Origin: Takakia lepidozioides
Taxonomy: Eukaryota > Plantae > Bryophyta
Assembly: GCA_030704615.1 (NCBI GenBank)
Contig: CM060732.1
Location: forward strand, 73,780,001-73,844,000
Length of the DNA: 64,000 nt
Direction of reading: 5' to 3'
Below the pieces are notes generated by a model that worked only from the letters and a program-made list of their open reading frames with translations, searched no databases and was not told the origin of the DNA. Shown one piece after another: positions 50,970 through 64,000 of the stretch. Position numbers and translations under genes: made by a program. Numbering within the stretch: position 1 is the first letter of the stretch; each line of letters opens with the position of its first letter.

Positions 50970-53877
50970 ATGGCGGCACGCGAGCAGCGGAGAGCCATGG
51001 CAGATCCCCTGCTGCTGCCCCTCAACACGGGAGGGTTCATACCTGCGCTTGGCCTGGGCACTTCGGGCCTTCATACCGCCCACACCAAAATTACCGTGCT
51101 CTCTGCTCTGCTGGTAGTAATCTGAGGCACTCCTCCAGTCCAGTCATAATGAACGATTGCAAGAGTTTTGAGCTCGCGTCTTGGGTAATGCGGGGTTGGG
51201 AGGTCTGCTTTCTTCGTGTTGAATTGCCGATAGGATGTCCAGAGCTGTATGTTCTTTGAACAATTAGTGTAGGGGAACTCCCCACACCGACAGGTCGAAT
51301 TCCTGTTCTAGGCTACGGTATGAGAATTGGCCGCGCGGGAAGAAAGTAAGATGCTTTTGGTTCAGAATCTCTGGATTGGATTGACGCGTTTCTTGGCCTG
51401 AATTACTGTCCCCCGTCTGTGTCCTTTCCTGGAAAGTCACAAATGGAATATTCTGCATTTGATTAGAAATTGTTTCAGACGAGAGTCTACACATGTTGAA
51501 ATACAGTTTTTTCGGTTTCTGGCAAAGACCGTTGGTTTCTCGGTTGTGGTTGGCCGAAACGCTGCAGAACTGTTAAGGCTCCAAAGCATATCAGTAGTAT
51601 ATTGCTGAAACCTTCACTGTACTAAGTAAAATTGATACAAATAATAGTATGCACGAAATTGAAAGAGGGCGCCAGTAGCCAAAGAGTTTTCTCCCAGCAT
51701 TCTGAAGCTGCTTAAATTCATTTCTTGGTATTTTGTTTTTCAGTGTGTTCTTGGGATTTATCTTTGGATTTTCACATTGCATTGCATGATAATATTTCAT
51801 TGGAGTTATCTGGGATATGACTGCGTCACATGTGAACCTCATGCGGGGATCCAAATGCCTGGAAAATGTAAGTGCTGCAGACCGGACTGGCCTGAACAGC
51901 AGAGGATTTTAAAATCGAATTGCTTACTATTTCCATACCAATGTCATGGACGTCTGTCAGAAGGTCCTGACTAGAAGTAGTTCTTGACGCCTGATCGGTG
52001 CAAGCATTGGCAATGGCCCAGGGTGTAGGATTGGCCACCACGTGAAGTGACGACATCAATTTGGGGAGAGAGAAAAGGAATGTGTAAACTAGTTGAAATT
52101 TGCTGGATTTTGGATACAACGACAAAATTCACCATCAGGCCACTGGTTGAAAATCATGTGAAACTGCAGGCTGGTGTGCATCGATAGACAATTGTCTTGA
52201 CTGTTCATTATTGATATGCTCATGCGTGGCAGGCAGGCTACAGGCACATTGACTGCGCACCTCTATATGGAAATGAAGCCCAGGTTGGTGAAGCAATCAC
52301 TGAGGCTTTCACCCAAGGCATAGTCAGGCGAAAGGAACTCTTTGTGACTTCAAAACTTCCATCAACTGCCCATGACCCTGAAGATGTCATTCCAACCCTC
52401 CAAAAGAGTCTCAAGTGAGCAAACATTTGAGGTTTTTTCTATGTTGGAATGAAAGAATTTTCAGATCAGCTTCCCACAAGCTTTCTCATGGCTTTTTGTG
52501 AATTGATATAAAAAATTAGCAAGGTTTGCTGATGTTGGCAGTTTAAGTATGTATAAATCACATATCATCAGCACCTGAGTCTTTTGATATTCGTACCAGT
52601 GTTCTCAGAAAAGAGAACACTGGTATGAGCCTACATCAGAGACTGCATCAGAGATTGGAGTAGACATGAGGCATTACTTTCATGGTGGACACATTGTCAT
52701 GTTGGTTTGCTGGCAGTGAGTTGCAACTGGAGTATGTGGATTTGTATCTCATACACTGGCCCTTGAAGTTGAGGAAGGGTGCGGGTTTCCCACCCAAGGA
52801 GGAAGATTTTTTGGCTTTGGATATCAAGAGCACTTGGCAGGCCTTGGAGCGCTCAGTGGAGGCTGGCTTGGCTAAAGCCATCGGTGTTGCCAATTTTTCC
52901 AGTAAAAAGTTGGAGAGCTTGCTTGAGTGTGCAAAAATCCAACCTGCTGTTGATCAGGTAGGGATCACTAAACTCTGCTTATTGCACTGGAGTGCAATCA
53001 GGGTGATTTTGCCATTTTCCAGAATTGTGCTGGTCTGTTTATAGAGAGATTGAAAAGGAGATCTTTCTGCTGAGAAGCTTATCTTAGTTGCTTTCCTGCG
53101 GCATCACATTTCAGGCTCATGGAAAATTCAGGAGTTTCAGAGTGCAAGCTGAAGATTCTTGGTTGGGAAAAAGTGGCTCAACAGTGTGTCCTTCATGAGC
53201 AGGTGGAGATGCATCCAGGATGGCAACAGCAGGAACTTCGGTTTTTTTGCAGGCCACGGGGCATCCATGTGAGTGCATTTTCACCCCTTGGTGCACCCGG
53301 AACATTCTATGGGAGAAATGACATTCTGACCCTGCCAGTTGTCCGAGACACAGCAGTAAGGCTTCAAAAGACCCCAGCCCAGGTAAGCTCGGCACTTGCA
53401 CTGTCATAAAAAATTGCATCTCTCAGACGGTTGATTCCTGTTACTGTCTTTCTAGACTTGATCCAGGTTAGCATACCTCTCGCTTTTGGTTTGGCAGAAC
53501 TTCCTCCCATGCATCAAAGCTGGCTGGTATCAGATGCTTCTAATAGGCAAGGGTCGTTGTGAAGTAAACATCACATTAAGAATGGAACCTGTATTGGTTG
53601 GCACCTCCCTGATTTCCCAGCTGACATCTATGTATCTGTCCACCATGCTCAGATAGCATTACGGTGGGCTTTGCAGCAAGGAGTGAGTGTGCTTCCAAAG
53701 AGCAGCTGCCTGGAGCATATTCTAGAGAACTGTGCAATATGGGGCTGGGAATTGTTCGAAGATGATTTAGAGAAGTTCCGCCATGTAGAGCAAACAAGAT
53801 TCCCTGTGCCTTTGTTCATCAATGACACAACCAGCCCCTACAAAACAGCAGGGGAGCTTTGGGATGGAGAGTTATAA
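50970..53877 (+). CDS. Aldo-keto reductase (plant AKR4-like); 5 exons, ~323 aa
   Basis: Exons 50970-51113, 52233-52414, 52717-52957, 53203-53382, 53653-53877 (972 nt). Motifs: [63 protein letters not shown]. Catalytic D/Y/K/H present. Confidence 0.93.
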
Positions 53878-54211
53878 GTGCTTTCTGTTTGTAGTAGAAG
53901 CTAGTCCATGCTTATTTTGTTAAGCCTAGAGTCAGCGTTTGCCCCATTCATTTACACAGGATTGGTGAAATAAAGCTCACATTACACTTCATTTCGAAAG
54001 CATCTGGCTCATCTGGCTCTAATACTGGAACTCTTTGCGTTGAATGCCTGACAATACATGAGATTATCTGCCACGCAAAGAGGATAGAATATGTAGACCG
54101 AGAACTTCTTCAGAAGACATCAAGGACTGGGAAGTTCAGAAATGAAGCATTGCGAGTCGAATTCTGGACATAATCTGTAATGAAATTGTGTGTACCGCTG
54201 TGAGAGCTTTT

Positions 54212-54679
54212 TTTATTTTTTTTGGAGAAACGGAAACCTTTATTCCACCTAAATGTTAGCACAGTCCAGCGGCATATGATAACATCTCAATAGAGATGGG
54301 GGAGGAGTAACATTCCACCGTACCCCTCTATCCAAATGGAAGCAAAAGAAGGAAGAACCAGCCCAAACAGATAAAAATTCAGCCTCAAGATCAGATTGCT
54401 TTTGAATGTTGCGATTGAGAGCATGTTTCAGTAGTTGTTGCCACTCTGCCATGCCACTAGAAATGGTGTCCTTCCATGCCAGAGTCAAGACTTGTTGCAC
54501 AGAGAAGGACTTCCTCCAAGAACAAAGTGGCACCTCGCGCACCAAATTTACCAAAGAATGTTAGACCTGAAAATGTCCTATGCCCGGAGTGGATGGCGAG
54601 GTGATCTTACATTACCAAGTTGAATCTCCAATCCCCAGTCCTCCTCGTCCATGGAGTGGCTAGGGGGCTCAATGCCAAC
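54212..54679 (-). mobile_element. 5'-truncated LINE insertion with 14-bp TSD
   Basis: CTGTGAGAGCTTTT at 54198-54211 and 54680-54693, with a poly(A) tail on the minus strand. Nearly identical to 58033-58447. Confidence 0.92.
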
Positions 54680-55866
54680 CTGTGAGAGCTTTTGGCAAAT
54701 GTCTAAAGGTTTGAATTTCTCGAGCACTACTGGGATGTGAATCAGTGAAGGTTGATTAGTGCTTAATATTTGAGTTATAATGCAAGCTGGGTCTTGGGAT
54801 TGAGGGTTTTGATCTATAACTGGCAATGATACACACATGAACGGAGGTCACCAACAGGGTTGCTTTTCACTGAAGTGGTGCTCTTTTAGCAATTCGCCAA
54901 CATGCAGCGTTCGATGGAATGGCGACCCATCTGGGCCGCTTGAAATTAAGACTGGAGAGTCCAGATGAGCAGAAGGCAGGAACCTTTACTTTCGTTCCAA
55001 AGGGCTCTGGAAAAGCTATCGTGTGAGGAAGAAAACGGGAAGAAAACTCACATGGTTCATCCTTGCATGCCGACGCATTTCGAGTTCGGAAGACTGATCC
55101 TCCAGTGATCCAGACTTAGGTTTTTCAGCGGATATTACATCAAAAGATTGTGGTTCTTGAGATGTCTAATTCCTTGACGATCTGCCTTTGCATTTCACAT
55201 TATGGGTTGATTCGTGAACGGCACCATGCATTCTGAAAGTTCCTGTCAGTACTTATCAGGAAGTTTGTGGAGTATTTGCCTTGCCACTGGAACTGACAGC
55301 GATCGACAAAAGATTTATCGGTGATGGAATTGACCTCAGAGATGGTTGGAGTCTTCGACACAAGTTGCTTCAAAGGATAAATGAGATGCAATTTTACTCG
55401 TCGAATGCCTCCCACGAAATGAGAGGGATGTAGCTAGTCCAATTTACCTGTAAACTCTTCCATGATATGAGGCCTGTCTCCTCAGGGAAAAGGACCAAAC
55501 ATTCTCAAGCCTCTCAAAGTGGTACCCGGGCCTTATATGGTCATGACGTTGCATGCCGGAGTACAGTTGCGTCGATGTGTCTCCTGCCAGCATTTATGAA
55601 GAGGCCAAGTACTCCTTTCTCCCCAGTAAAGCATTTTGATATAGCCATCAAAGCTCCAAGTTTCCAAGTTCGCAAACATGAAAATGCGAGACAACCACAT
55701 GTATGCACATACCCACACCCAGTACTCCCCAAAGAATCTTGTAGAATTTCCGAAATGTCTGGCAATGGCACCTGCGAGGCACCACGACTCATGTGCATTA
55801 ATGTGCGTCTTGCTAAAGTGATCTGCCATCACTAAAGACGAAGCAAGTGAGGGAAACATCGTCAGA

Positions 55867-55949
55867 ATGAATATCCCCTTCGCTAACCAGGGTGGAAACC
55901 GTCCTCGCATGCTCGTGTGCTACCTGTGTGGACGCGAATTTGGCTCAAA

Positions 55950-55995
<46 letters not shown>

Positions 55996-57990
55996 ATAGC
56001 TCTATGAGCTTTCCGCGGACGTTATAAAGCACCATTTCATTCTATTTCTCTCTCGCTCTCAAGTATATTTCCCTCTCTTGACAAATTGCAATTAGAGCAA
56101 GTGATAAGCCATGCACAGACTATTGTTAGGACTATCGTTTCCATGCGGTACCTAAGCTCCTCTAATGTTATCTGCTTAGACTGAGAGAGGGTCTGTGTTG
56201 GTGTGCAGTTTACCCATCCATACTCCGCAATGCCAGAAGAAATGGGTGGATGCAGAAATGTTGAAGCCCAAAAATGAGCGTCGCCCAATGCCCCAGCCAC
56301 CAGCCCCTCCACCGCCTGACCGAGCCATCAAAGTGGGTGGTCCCCAAGCCATTGATGACTTAAATGAGGCGTGAGGCCCAACATCTTTCTAATCCTTCTA
56401 AACTTGAGTTTCCATGGATGGAGAGACTAAGATAAAACATTATGGCGTGCAGTACTTCCAACTTTGGTGTCCAAATGTTCGAAATGAGTAGAGTTGCTAT
56501 CAGCATTATGAAAAGGAGTTGGTTCTGACTGTTGAAATCGGCTGCACATGAATAACATATCATAATTTGAAAGATTTGAGAGCACTGGGAAAAGAGGCTT
56601 GGACCATAAACACATTTGGAATTTGGCGTCAAGTGCTGTGCGGCAGTAAGCAGGCCCCCTTTCTCAGCAATATTTCCCACGTTATATATGAATGGTTTGC
56701 TATCACTCCCAAAGGCTGCCTGCAGATCTAAGTCCCTGAGAGCCTATCTAGTTATATGAATTATCTCAACATCATCAGCTGCACAGAGTTTGTCCAACTC
56801 AGAAGCTTAAGATGCCCCAAAGACGAGGCCTGCACGATTGCATGACCTGTGTTGCAATATTAACAATATATATATATCTAGATCTATATATGTGAAAAAG
56901 ATCCTATATAGGTGAGATTATTGATCTCGAGCGTCAACTCCTTAAAAGCCAAATCGACTGCATTGAATGACAAATGGGGACCCAGCAAAGCTACGCTTGT
57001 AAGCAAGTTTGAATGCAGTTTAATAGCAGAAGTTGGTCCCTTAACAATGTTGCAAGGAGTTGCAATTCTATGGTTTGCGTCTATGATCAAGTGAGGGAAA
57101 GAGATCGAACTTCCTCCATGCTCTAAGGCTAATCTGAAGAGTAAAACAACACAGCCTGACCCTACACTGACTTATACGATGCGCTGGTTGCAGAGCATAC
57201 GCAGCGTTTCAGGCTTCTCTTCAACAGTGCAATCGCAGGTTCAGCCCAACTGCTTTCAAGCATCACCAACATGGCTGCACAAAACGAAACCCTGCTAAAC
57301 CGGCAGGAACTGGTCTGATTGCAAACTCCTTGTCGAACAGATTGGTGCCCGGTGCTATTGCTGGATCTAAGCATGGATTTGCAAGTAAGTACTCTGACGA
57401 ACTCAAGTTTATACGCAAACGCTTTGTCTGGAAGTCTATTCCCAGTGCCCCAGGTGAGCAGAGATTTCATGAATGCTAAAAGCACAAAATATTTAACCAG
57501 AGATATTCAGAGGTGTGGGCTGGTACAGGATCACCAGGGAAAAAAAAAATAGCAATAAGAAATTTAAAGCAACTCCGATTAAGAAACCAAAATTACATAT
57601 TACAACTCGTTCGAGCATAAAACAAGTGATTGAGAACAATGAGCAGAAAAGGGCAAAGCCTAATCCATCCTCGGGTCGAGCAGGCCGTGCATCAAAGCAA
57701 GAAGCTCCGAGGACCAAACAAACACAATTAAAGAGGCCTCCACAGAAAAAGGCAGGGGCTAGTTCATCGTCTGGACCAAGCAAAAGTGTAGGCCCGACGT
57801 TGTCCCCATTCCGCCTTTGCAGATCTTCTTGCTGCTGACAAAGGCCGATGAAAAGTGTTGGAATTTTGAAGCATTTGAAGCAAATCAATCCAGACCAAGT
57901 TTGCAGGACTGCACAGGAGGATTTCTCATCTTGTGCGTGATCAATATAACATCGAGCTTTGAATCCGGCTCTATTTACGAGTGGCAATTG
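55867..57990 (+). pseudogene. ZNF474-like C2HC zinc-finger gene, apparently disabled
   Basis: Pieces 55867-55952, 56209-56370 and 57194-57384 join in phase to [60 protein letters not shown]...IDDLNEAAYAAFQASLQQCNRRFSPTAFKHHQHGC. The first donor GT is missing, finger 2 lacks one Cys, and there is a stop or frameshift near 57550. The 3' extent is uncertain. Confidence 0.7.
55953..55993 (+). repeat. (CT)20 microsatellite
   Basis: Perfect CT run. Confidence 0.95.
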
Positions 57991-58013
57991 ATGATAGATT
58001 ACACTTAATTACC

Positions 58014-60760
58014 TTTTTTTTTTTTGAGAATTTATTCCACCTAAATGTTAGCACAGTCCAGCGGCATATGACAACATCTCAAAAGAGATGGGGGAGGAGT
58101 AACATTCCACCGTACCCCTCTATCCAAATGGAAGCAAAAGAAGGAAGAACCAGCCCAAACAGATAAAAATTCCGCCTCAAGATCAGGTTGCTTTTGAATG
58201 CTACGGTTGAGAGCATGTTTCTGTAGTTGTTGCCACTCTACCATGCCACTAGAGATGGTGTCCTTCCATGCCAGAGTCAAGACTTGTTGCACAGAGAAGG
58301 TCACCTCGCACACCAAATTTGCCAAAGATTTGTTAGACCTGAAAATGTCCCATGCCCGGAGTGGATGGCGAGGTGATCTTACATTACTTAATTGAATCTC
58401 CAATCCCCAGTCCTCGTCCATGGAGTGGATAGGGGGCTCAATGCCAAGGAGAGCCTCCAACCACGTAGAATACAACACACAGCCAATTTCCAAGCGAGCG
58501 TGGTGGAAATGTGTCCATGTATGGTGAGCAAATTTGCAAGACCAGAGACAATGTTGTAGTGTCTCGTCATGTTGCAAGCAGACCTGACAGACTGGAGAAT
58601 GTCCCATTTTAGAACACCAAACAGCAGTAGTAAACCCTCCATTCATTGCAAGCCACAGGAACATAGACACCTTCCTAGCCTTGCCTCTGTCCCAAACTCT
58701 ACACCAAGTCCGGAAGCGGTCTTTGCAGGCATCAAACCCCATTGAATGTAAGATTTGAGTGGCCCTTGAGCTATGTCATTGGTGGAGCAAGGCAGCAGTA
58801 TAACCAATTTTTGCAGTATAGCCAAGGAAATCTTGAGCCCCTGTGGCTCCAGTCTCCTTCCAGTGCCACTAGCCTAGATCCCAATCTAGGTTATCAATGA
58901 AGCCATGAGAGAATAACCAAATAGTGTGGCGTGGGTATGGAGTGTACCGAGGATTCGTGGCAAGAAATCTCCGCTGAGGACCATCCCACGTGATCACCCG
59001 AATTAGCTTAATAGGAAGAGGGGGGATGTGAACTAGGGAAGGGGAAGAAGAGAAAAGTTGCTGGTTGAAGTGGCCACCTTTGTGATATTTGCGAGCTAAG
59101 GTCATTGTGGCGGACGTCCATTTCACCTGAAAACCTTCCCTAACCTCCTCTTTGCCATTGATGGTGTGTGATGTGCCAACCCAGTCACCTACTTTAAGAG
59201 ATTGCTTGAGCCGTGGATCCCAGTTGGGAGGAAAAGCTGTAATCAGACGTTGGCGATGTTGGCAAGTACCATGGTTGCCAACACGTTGGCTTAAGACCTC
59301 TCTGGAAATCCAATCATCTTTGTGAGGGTCCCAAATATGCTTGACATGTGCGACACCATAGCTCGCCCATTTTGCAGCCCATTTGGAGTGTCTACCAGTC
59401 CCAAACATGCTACCATGTTCATCCGAGGTTCATCCACAACATGGGGGTTGAGAAAGAGAGATTGTTGGAGGATTGCTGAGGTAGTATCTGGAGTAGCAAT
59501 CTCAGCTTGATGCTGCACTGATAACCATGCCTTCCAGATGCCCCAAAAAAGCTCAGCAATCCTCCAACCATGCTGAACTTTGGTGGCATGCATGGCCCAA
59601 TTAAAGCTACCTGGCCACAACCCTTCTTTGGTCGTAGAGATGCGACACAGTGGCAAAGCAGTGATTTCCATGGTTCCATACCAGGTGCCAAGCCGTGAAC
59701 AAAAAGTTTGGCCATCAAAGCATTTGTCTACAAGAAGGGGTCAATCAATTTCACTCCCCCTAGTGAAAATGGTAAGTTCAACGTGGTCCATGCAACTTTA
59801 GCTCTGCAATTATGGGTGTCATCTGACCAAATAAAATTGCGAATCAAGGCCCTCACTTGGTTCAGAACACGGACTGACGGGCTCCAACATGATGCCACAT
59901 ACCACAGGGTGGACAAGAGTACATGGTTGGCAATAAGAACACGCCCTGCAAGGGATAACATTTGAGAAGCCCAAAAAGAGAGTTTTTTGCGTAGTGATGC
60001 CATATGCAGTGCAAAGCGTTGTGTTGCACTCATCTTGTAACCAAGAGAGAAGCCAAGGTAACGGGTAGTTTCCCCTGGTAACAACCAATTCAAATGGACA
60101 TCTTCGCCCCAATGGAAGGTGCGAGGGGCCTCACTAGCCCAAATGGCGCAAGATTTGTGCCAATTGATATGGGCCCCTGAGGCACAGCAAAAGACATCAA
60201 GTACACGACGACATGCCTCCAAATTGCCTTTGGTACCCTTGGGAAAGAGTGAAGTATCATCCACAAATTCTTGGTCTACCAACATGGTGTTGTCAGGAAC
60301 TCGAAGACTTGTAATTGTGCCATCATTTGAGAGCACATGCCCCAAACAATCTGCAATGAAAAGGTACAAATATGGAGCAAGGGGACACCCTTGGCGAACA
60401 GAACGGGAAAGTGAGAAGGGTTTGCTCGTCAGTCCATTGAAGGAGATACAAGAGTTGGCATCCACATATAGAGCTCTCACCCACCTTATCCATTCCTGAG
60501 AAAAGCCCATTCAAAGCATCGTACCTTCAAGAAAGCTCCAATCAACGCGGTCATATGCCTTTTCAAAATCCAACAGGAGTATAACTAGTGGTTGTTGGCT
60601 TTCAGTTGCCCACTCCATGGCTTTATAAGCCAAAAAAACATTATCAATAATGCAACGTCCACGAACAAACCCAGGCTGGTTGGACCGTATGAGGGTTGGG
60701 AGCAACACTTGAAGTCTCATGGCCAATGTCTTGGCAAGGATCTTGTAAATGGTCCCTAGT
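58014..60760 (-). mobile_element. L1-clade LINE ORF2 (RT plus zf-RVT), disrupted; interrupted at 60761 by a CACTA
   Basis: LLDFEKAYDRVDW, RSVRQGCPLAPYLY, EFVDD, YLG, LGGVKLID, CQVC..ETLQHCLWSC. Internal stop at 60511-60513 plus frameshifts. Poly(A) tail at 58014-58025. Confidence 0.93.
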
Positions 60761-63700
60761 CACTACAGCAAATGGGGGGGTTTTGCGACGCCAGCCACGC
60801 CCCACGCCCCGAGCGGCGCCGAGTGTGCGACGCCAACCCCGCGGAGCCTGTTTGCGACGTCGGGCCGTCGCAGTCAAACCCCGCAGGTCGCCACCTGGCG
60901 CTGGGGCCAGGCGGCGACGCCTGGCCGTCGCACGGGTGGATGAAGAGCAGAAGGCAACCCTTCTCTGCGACACCCAAGGGTTGCCCCCCAGTGAAGGGCA
61001 GAAGGCAGTCCTTTCTGGCGACGGCCGGTCGTCGCACACAAAAAAAAACAGCCCTTTCTTTCATCGCAGCCCTTTCTTGCGACGCCCGGCCGTCGCATAG
61101 TGGCATGAAGGGCAAAAGGCCCTTGCGACGGCCGGGCATCGCAAATTGCCTGGCTGCCCTATTCTTTCAAAACAAAGGAACAGGTCACAGTTTGCGACGG
61201 CTAGCCGTCGCCATTTGCAACCCTCGGCCTCATATATCCAAAAAAACGCGTCGTAGTTTACGACGCGTGGGGGTCGTAGGCAGCGACGGCAGGGCTTTCT
61301 AGGTTTAGGTTTAGGGCCTTTGAGGGTTCTTAGTTTTTTTTTTTTTTTTTTTTTTTCATATAGTACCAGGGTAGTGTGTTTTTTTTCTTTATGATTTAGT
61401 TTGTTGTTGTGGACCTTCTTGTAGATTGTGACATTCATTTTGATAATTCTCTTGATATCACATCTGTATGTGGTTCTCCAACATATTCATTGCATCTGCC
61501 TTCTTTCTTGAAAGACTACCAGCCACAGCCATATTTGATCAATCATAGAAATAAGCTACAATATGTATGTACATGTACAATCAATCGAAGGGATGGGTAC
61601 AGTTCGGTGCGAGAATTGTTATGTAGCTTTGATTTTGTGTCTAATCAACTTGAACATCATCATCCGGAGCTTCTTCATCCTCATCAAGCTGCAAGTCTTC
61701 TTGGTCATCGGAGTCATCGTCATAAATGGCCTGGCCCTCAAAACGCACCTCCTAATCATCCTCCATCTCGTTGTCAATGGCCGTGTCTTCGTCTCTTTCT
61801 CCAACATCCGTATCTTCTGGAGCTTCATCATATAGGGTCCGGGATGCATTGTCCGGGGCGTCATCATCATCTTCTACCCTCTCTATCCAACCTCCATCAT
61901 CAGCATCATTATGACCAGTCTCTCCATCCACTGCAGTTGCCTCACCCCATGGAGATCCGAGACCATGATAGATACGTCTTCCTCTTGGCTGAGCATGCAC
62001 AATCACCTTCCAATTCCCCCCTCTTGTTTTGTCATCGGAGAAAAAAACTTGCTCCATGTCTGAAGACCATGAAAAAGGCTCATCGGAGGGACGATGAATA
62101 GAGTTGAGTCTATCTGCATTGACGCGCATGAAACCACAATAATCTTGCACTAGTGTTGCGGAGGGCCCCACAAGATGTGGCTGGAACCACCTTCCCTTGA
62201 AGAGAAGAAGCCGGTACCTTGTATACTGAAGTTGCAGTATGATCTCAAGCTCTTCAATGTACTCAAGTTTGCTCATAGCAGATCGTGTATCTCCTTTGCC
62301 CCACACGGAGTCTTGCCAATATGTGGCACTTAAGCCAGAATCAAAGGTTGTTTTGCGCTTCATGTCAAGAGCACGAATGCGGAAATGACGACCGTGAACC
62401 CAAACCGCCGTGTATGAGGTCGTGAATTGAGAGGGGCCCCTTGCAATGTCTTGCACCAAATCTGAAACCCACTACTACGTTTAGGGGGGGTTAGCGATGC
62501 CAGGACCCCGGGCGCGCCGGACGCGCCGACCCCCTTGCGACTGCAGCGTCGCACCAGCGTCCGGCTCGGGACTTGCGACGTCGGGGCATCGTAACGCTGA
62601 CACTCGGACGACGTTGTGGCATCTTGCGATGCCATGCCGTCGCCGGAAATGGGCCTAACCCCATTTCCCCGCCAACGCACTGGGGGAGTTACCCCCCTAC
62701 TGTGACGTCTGGGGGTCGCACTTACGACCCCCGGACGTCCCTAATGCGGCGTCGCAGAAAAAACGTCGCAGAAAAAAACGTTTTTTTTTTTTTTTTTTTT
62801 TTTTTTTTTCCTTTTAGCAATGCCCGGACGTCGCAAGTCGCGCCGGCGCCGCGGCCCGGGGGTTTGCGATTCCCCGACGACGCTAATTAGCAACGTTCCG
62901 GGAGCGACGTCTCTGCGACTTCCCGACGTCCCAAAATGCCTTGGGCGCGCTCTGGGCCCCGTAGAGTATTTCCGTCGCTAATCGCGGCGGTTGGAGGTCG
63001 CTGGGGCATCGCTAACCCCCCCCCCCCCCCAAACGTAGTAGTGACCACATCTCCTTGAGCAATGGCGTCATAAATTGAAGTCTGAAGCCACTGTTGGAAT
63101 GAACTTAGAGGCTGCAATTCCATGGGCAAATTTTGTGAAGGAACATTCCGGCGGCCCGCTCCTCGTCATGGGCGTCTAGTAACCGGCCTTGGATGGTTCC
63201 GCCTCCATGCAAGCGTCTCCTCCTTTCGTTGCTGAACAAGATTATTGTATCTTGTCTCTCACTCATGTATGGATGGGGTATTCTTCAGCATGAAGTCATG
63301 CGCTTGCTCAATCACCAAGGTCGGCAATTTTACCCTCTTCGATTTTTTGGGCAAAACGATGTCATTGGTTTGTGCATCCTCCTCTTCCTTCCATATCCGA
63401 GGGGCTTCCTCATCCACCCTTGTCATGTACTCCGTAATAGAACATAGTTTTTTGCAACGTATACCCCTCCGCCATGCTTCCCTCCGGTTGCGTCATTTCT
63501 CTTACAAATCATTTCAAAATCTTCATATAACGCTCAAGGAAAACAAGGTACATGGTCTGGAGGTAGAAAGAGACATTTTTTTGGTGAGGAATTTGGGGTG
63601 TCCAGCCGCATGGTCCCTACTGTGACTGAACATCTTCGTTTTCCGACCTCCTCGTATCGAACACTTGAGTTGTGCCCCGAGCTTTGAATCTTCTTTTGTT

Positions 63701-64000
63701 GGGGCAGTTTAATGTTATGTGATCATCGTCTCCGCAATAAAGACATAATCCATTCGAGCTCCGTCTTTGTTTTTCTTATGGCGTCAATGGCTTGAATCGG
63801 ACAGCATCAATCTGATAGAAAGGTGCCCACGAATCCCACTTGAATACCTTCATCGGGGTAGTGTTGTTGATGTAGTCGTAAGTACAGTCGTACTTGTTGA
63901 ACAAAACCGCGAAATCTTGATCTCGTCCCATCAATTTCTCGGGCATGCTGATCTTTGGTTCTCTCGTAATCTGTTGAAGATGAACCGTTGCAGTAGGAGC
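60761..64000 (-). mobile_element. CACTA transposon with TnpD-like transposase remnants; extends beyond the window
   Basis: Terminus CACTACAGCAAATGGGGGGGTTTTGCGACG at 60761 and GCGACG/CGTCGC subterminal repeats. ORF 61752-62459 has VHGRHFRI, LLLFKGRWF and DEPFSWSSDMEQVFFSDD..NWKVI, typical of the DUF4216 region of CACTA transposases. Confidence 0.88.
62470..63043. mobile_element. 574-bp non-autonomous CACTA nested in the transposase ORF
   Basis: TIR CACTACTACGTTT(A/G)G..GTTAGCGATGCC at both ends. TSD ACC at 62467-62469 and 63044-63046. Confidence 0.95.

Noticed and set aside
60644-61438. Several overlapping 125-176-aa ORFs
   Set aside because: They arise from GC-rich GCGACG subterminal repeats of the CACTA element and are not protein-like.

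Overview
Eukaryotic nuclear DNA from a land plant. PLS-type PPR fragments, a Replitron-like relic and a ZNF474-like relic suggest a seed-free, flagellated-sperm lineage such as a hornwort or other bryophyte (inference). The window has three zones. (1) 1-20.4 kb is a transposon graveyard: the end of a CACTA element, an orphan 392-aa ORF, a TTAA-flanked piggyBac-like element, a decayed Replitron HUH transposase, and a LINE split by a 5.6-kb non-autonomous CACTA. A second 4.2-kb CACTA sits inside a long inverted repeat. Both complete CACTAs are Pack-type and carry shuffled, intron-containing pieces of genes that join an OSB-type PDF motif to PLS-class PPR repeats. (2) 21.2-53.9 kb holds five intact spliced genes: LPE1-like P-class PPR (-), At2g36360-like kelch protein (+), eIF3c (+), PMT-type methyltransferase (+) and an aldo-keto reductase (+). 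A 212-bp palindrome with two convergent USE+TATA-like (Pol III type-3) modules lies in the LPE1/kelch divergent intergenic region. (3) 54.2-64 kb contains a truncated LINE with TSD, a ZNF474-like pseudogene and a nested LINE > CACTA > mini-CACTA stack. Exon boundaries and homologies were read by eye and from memory of the protein families; no searches were run.
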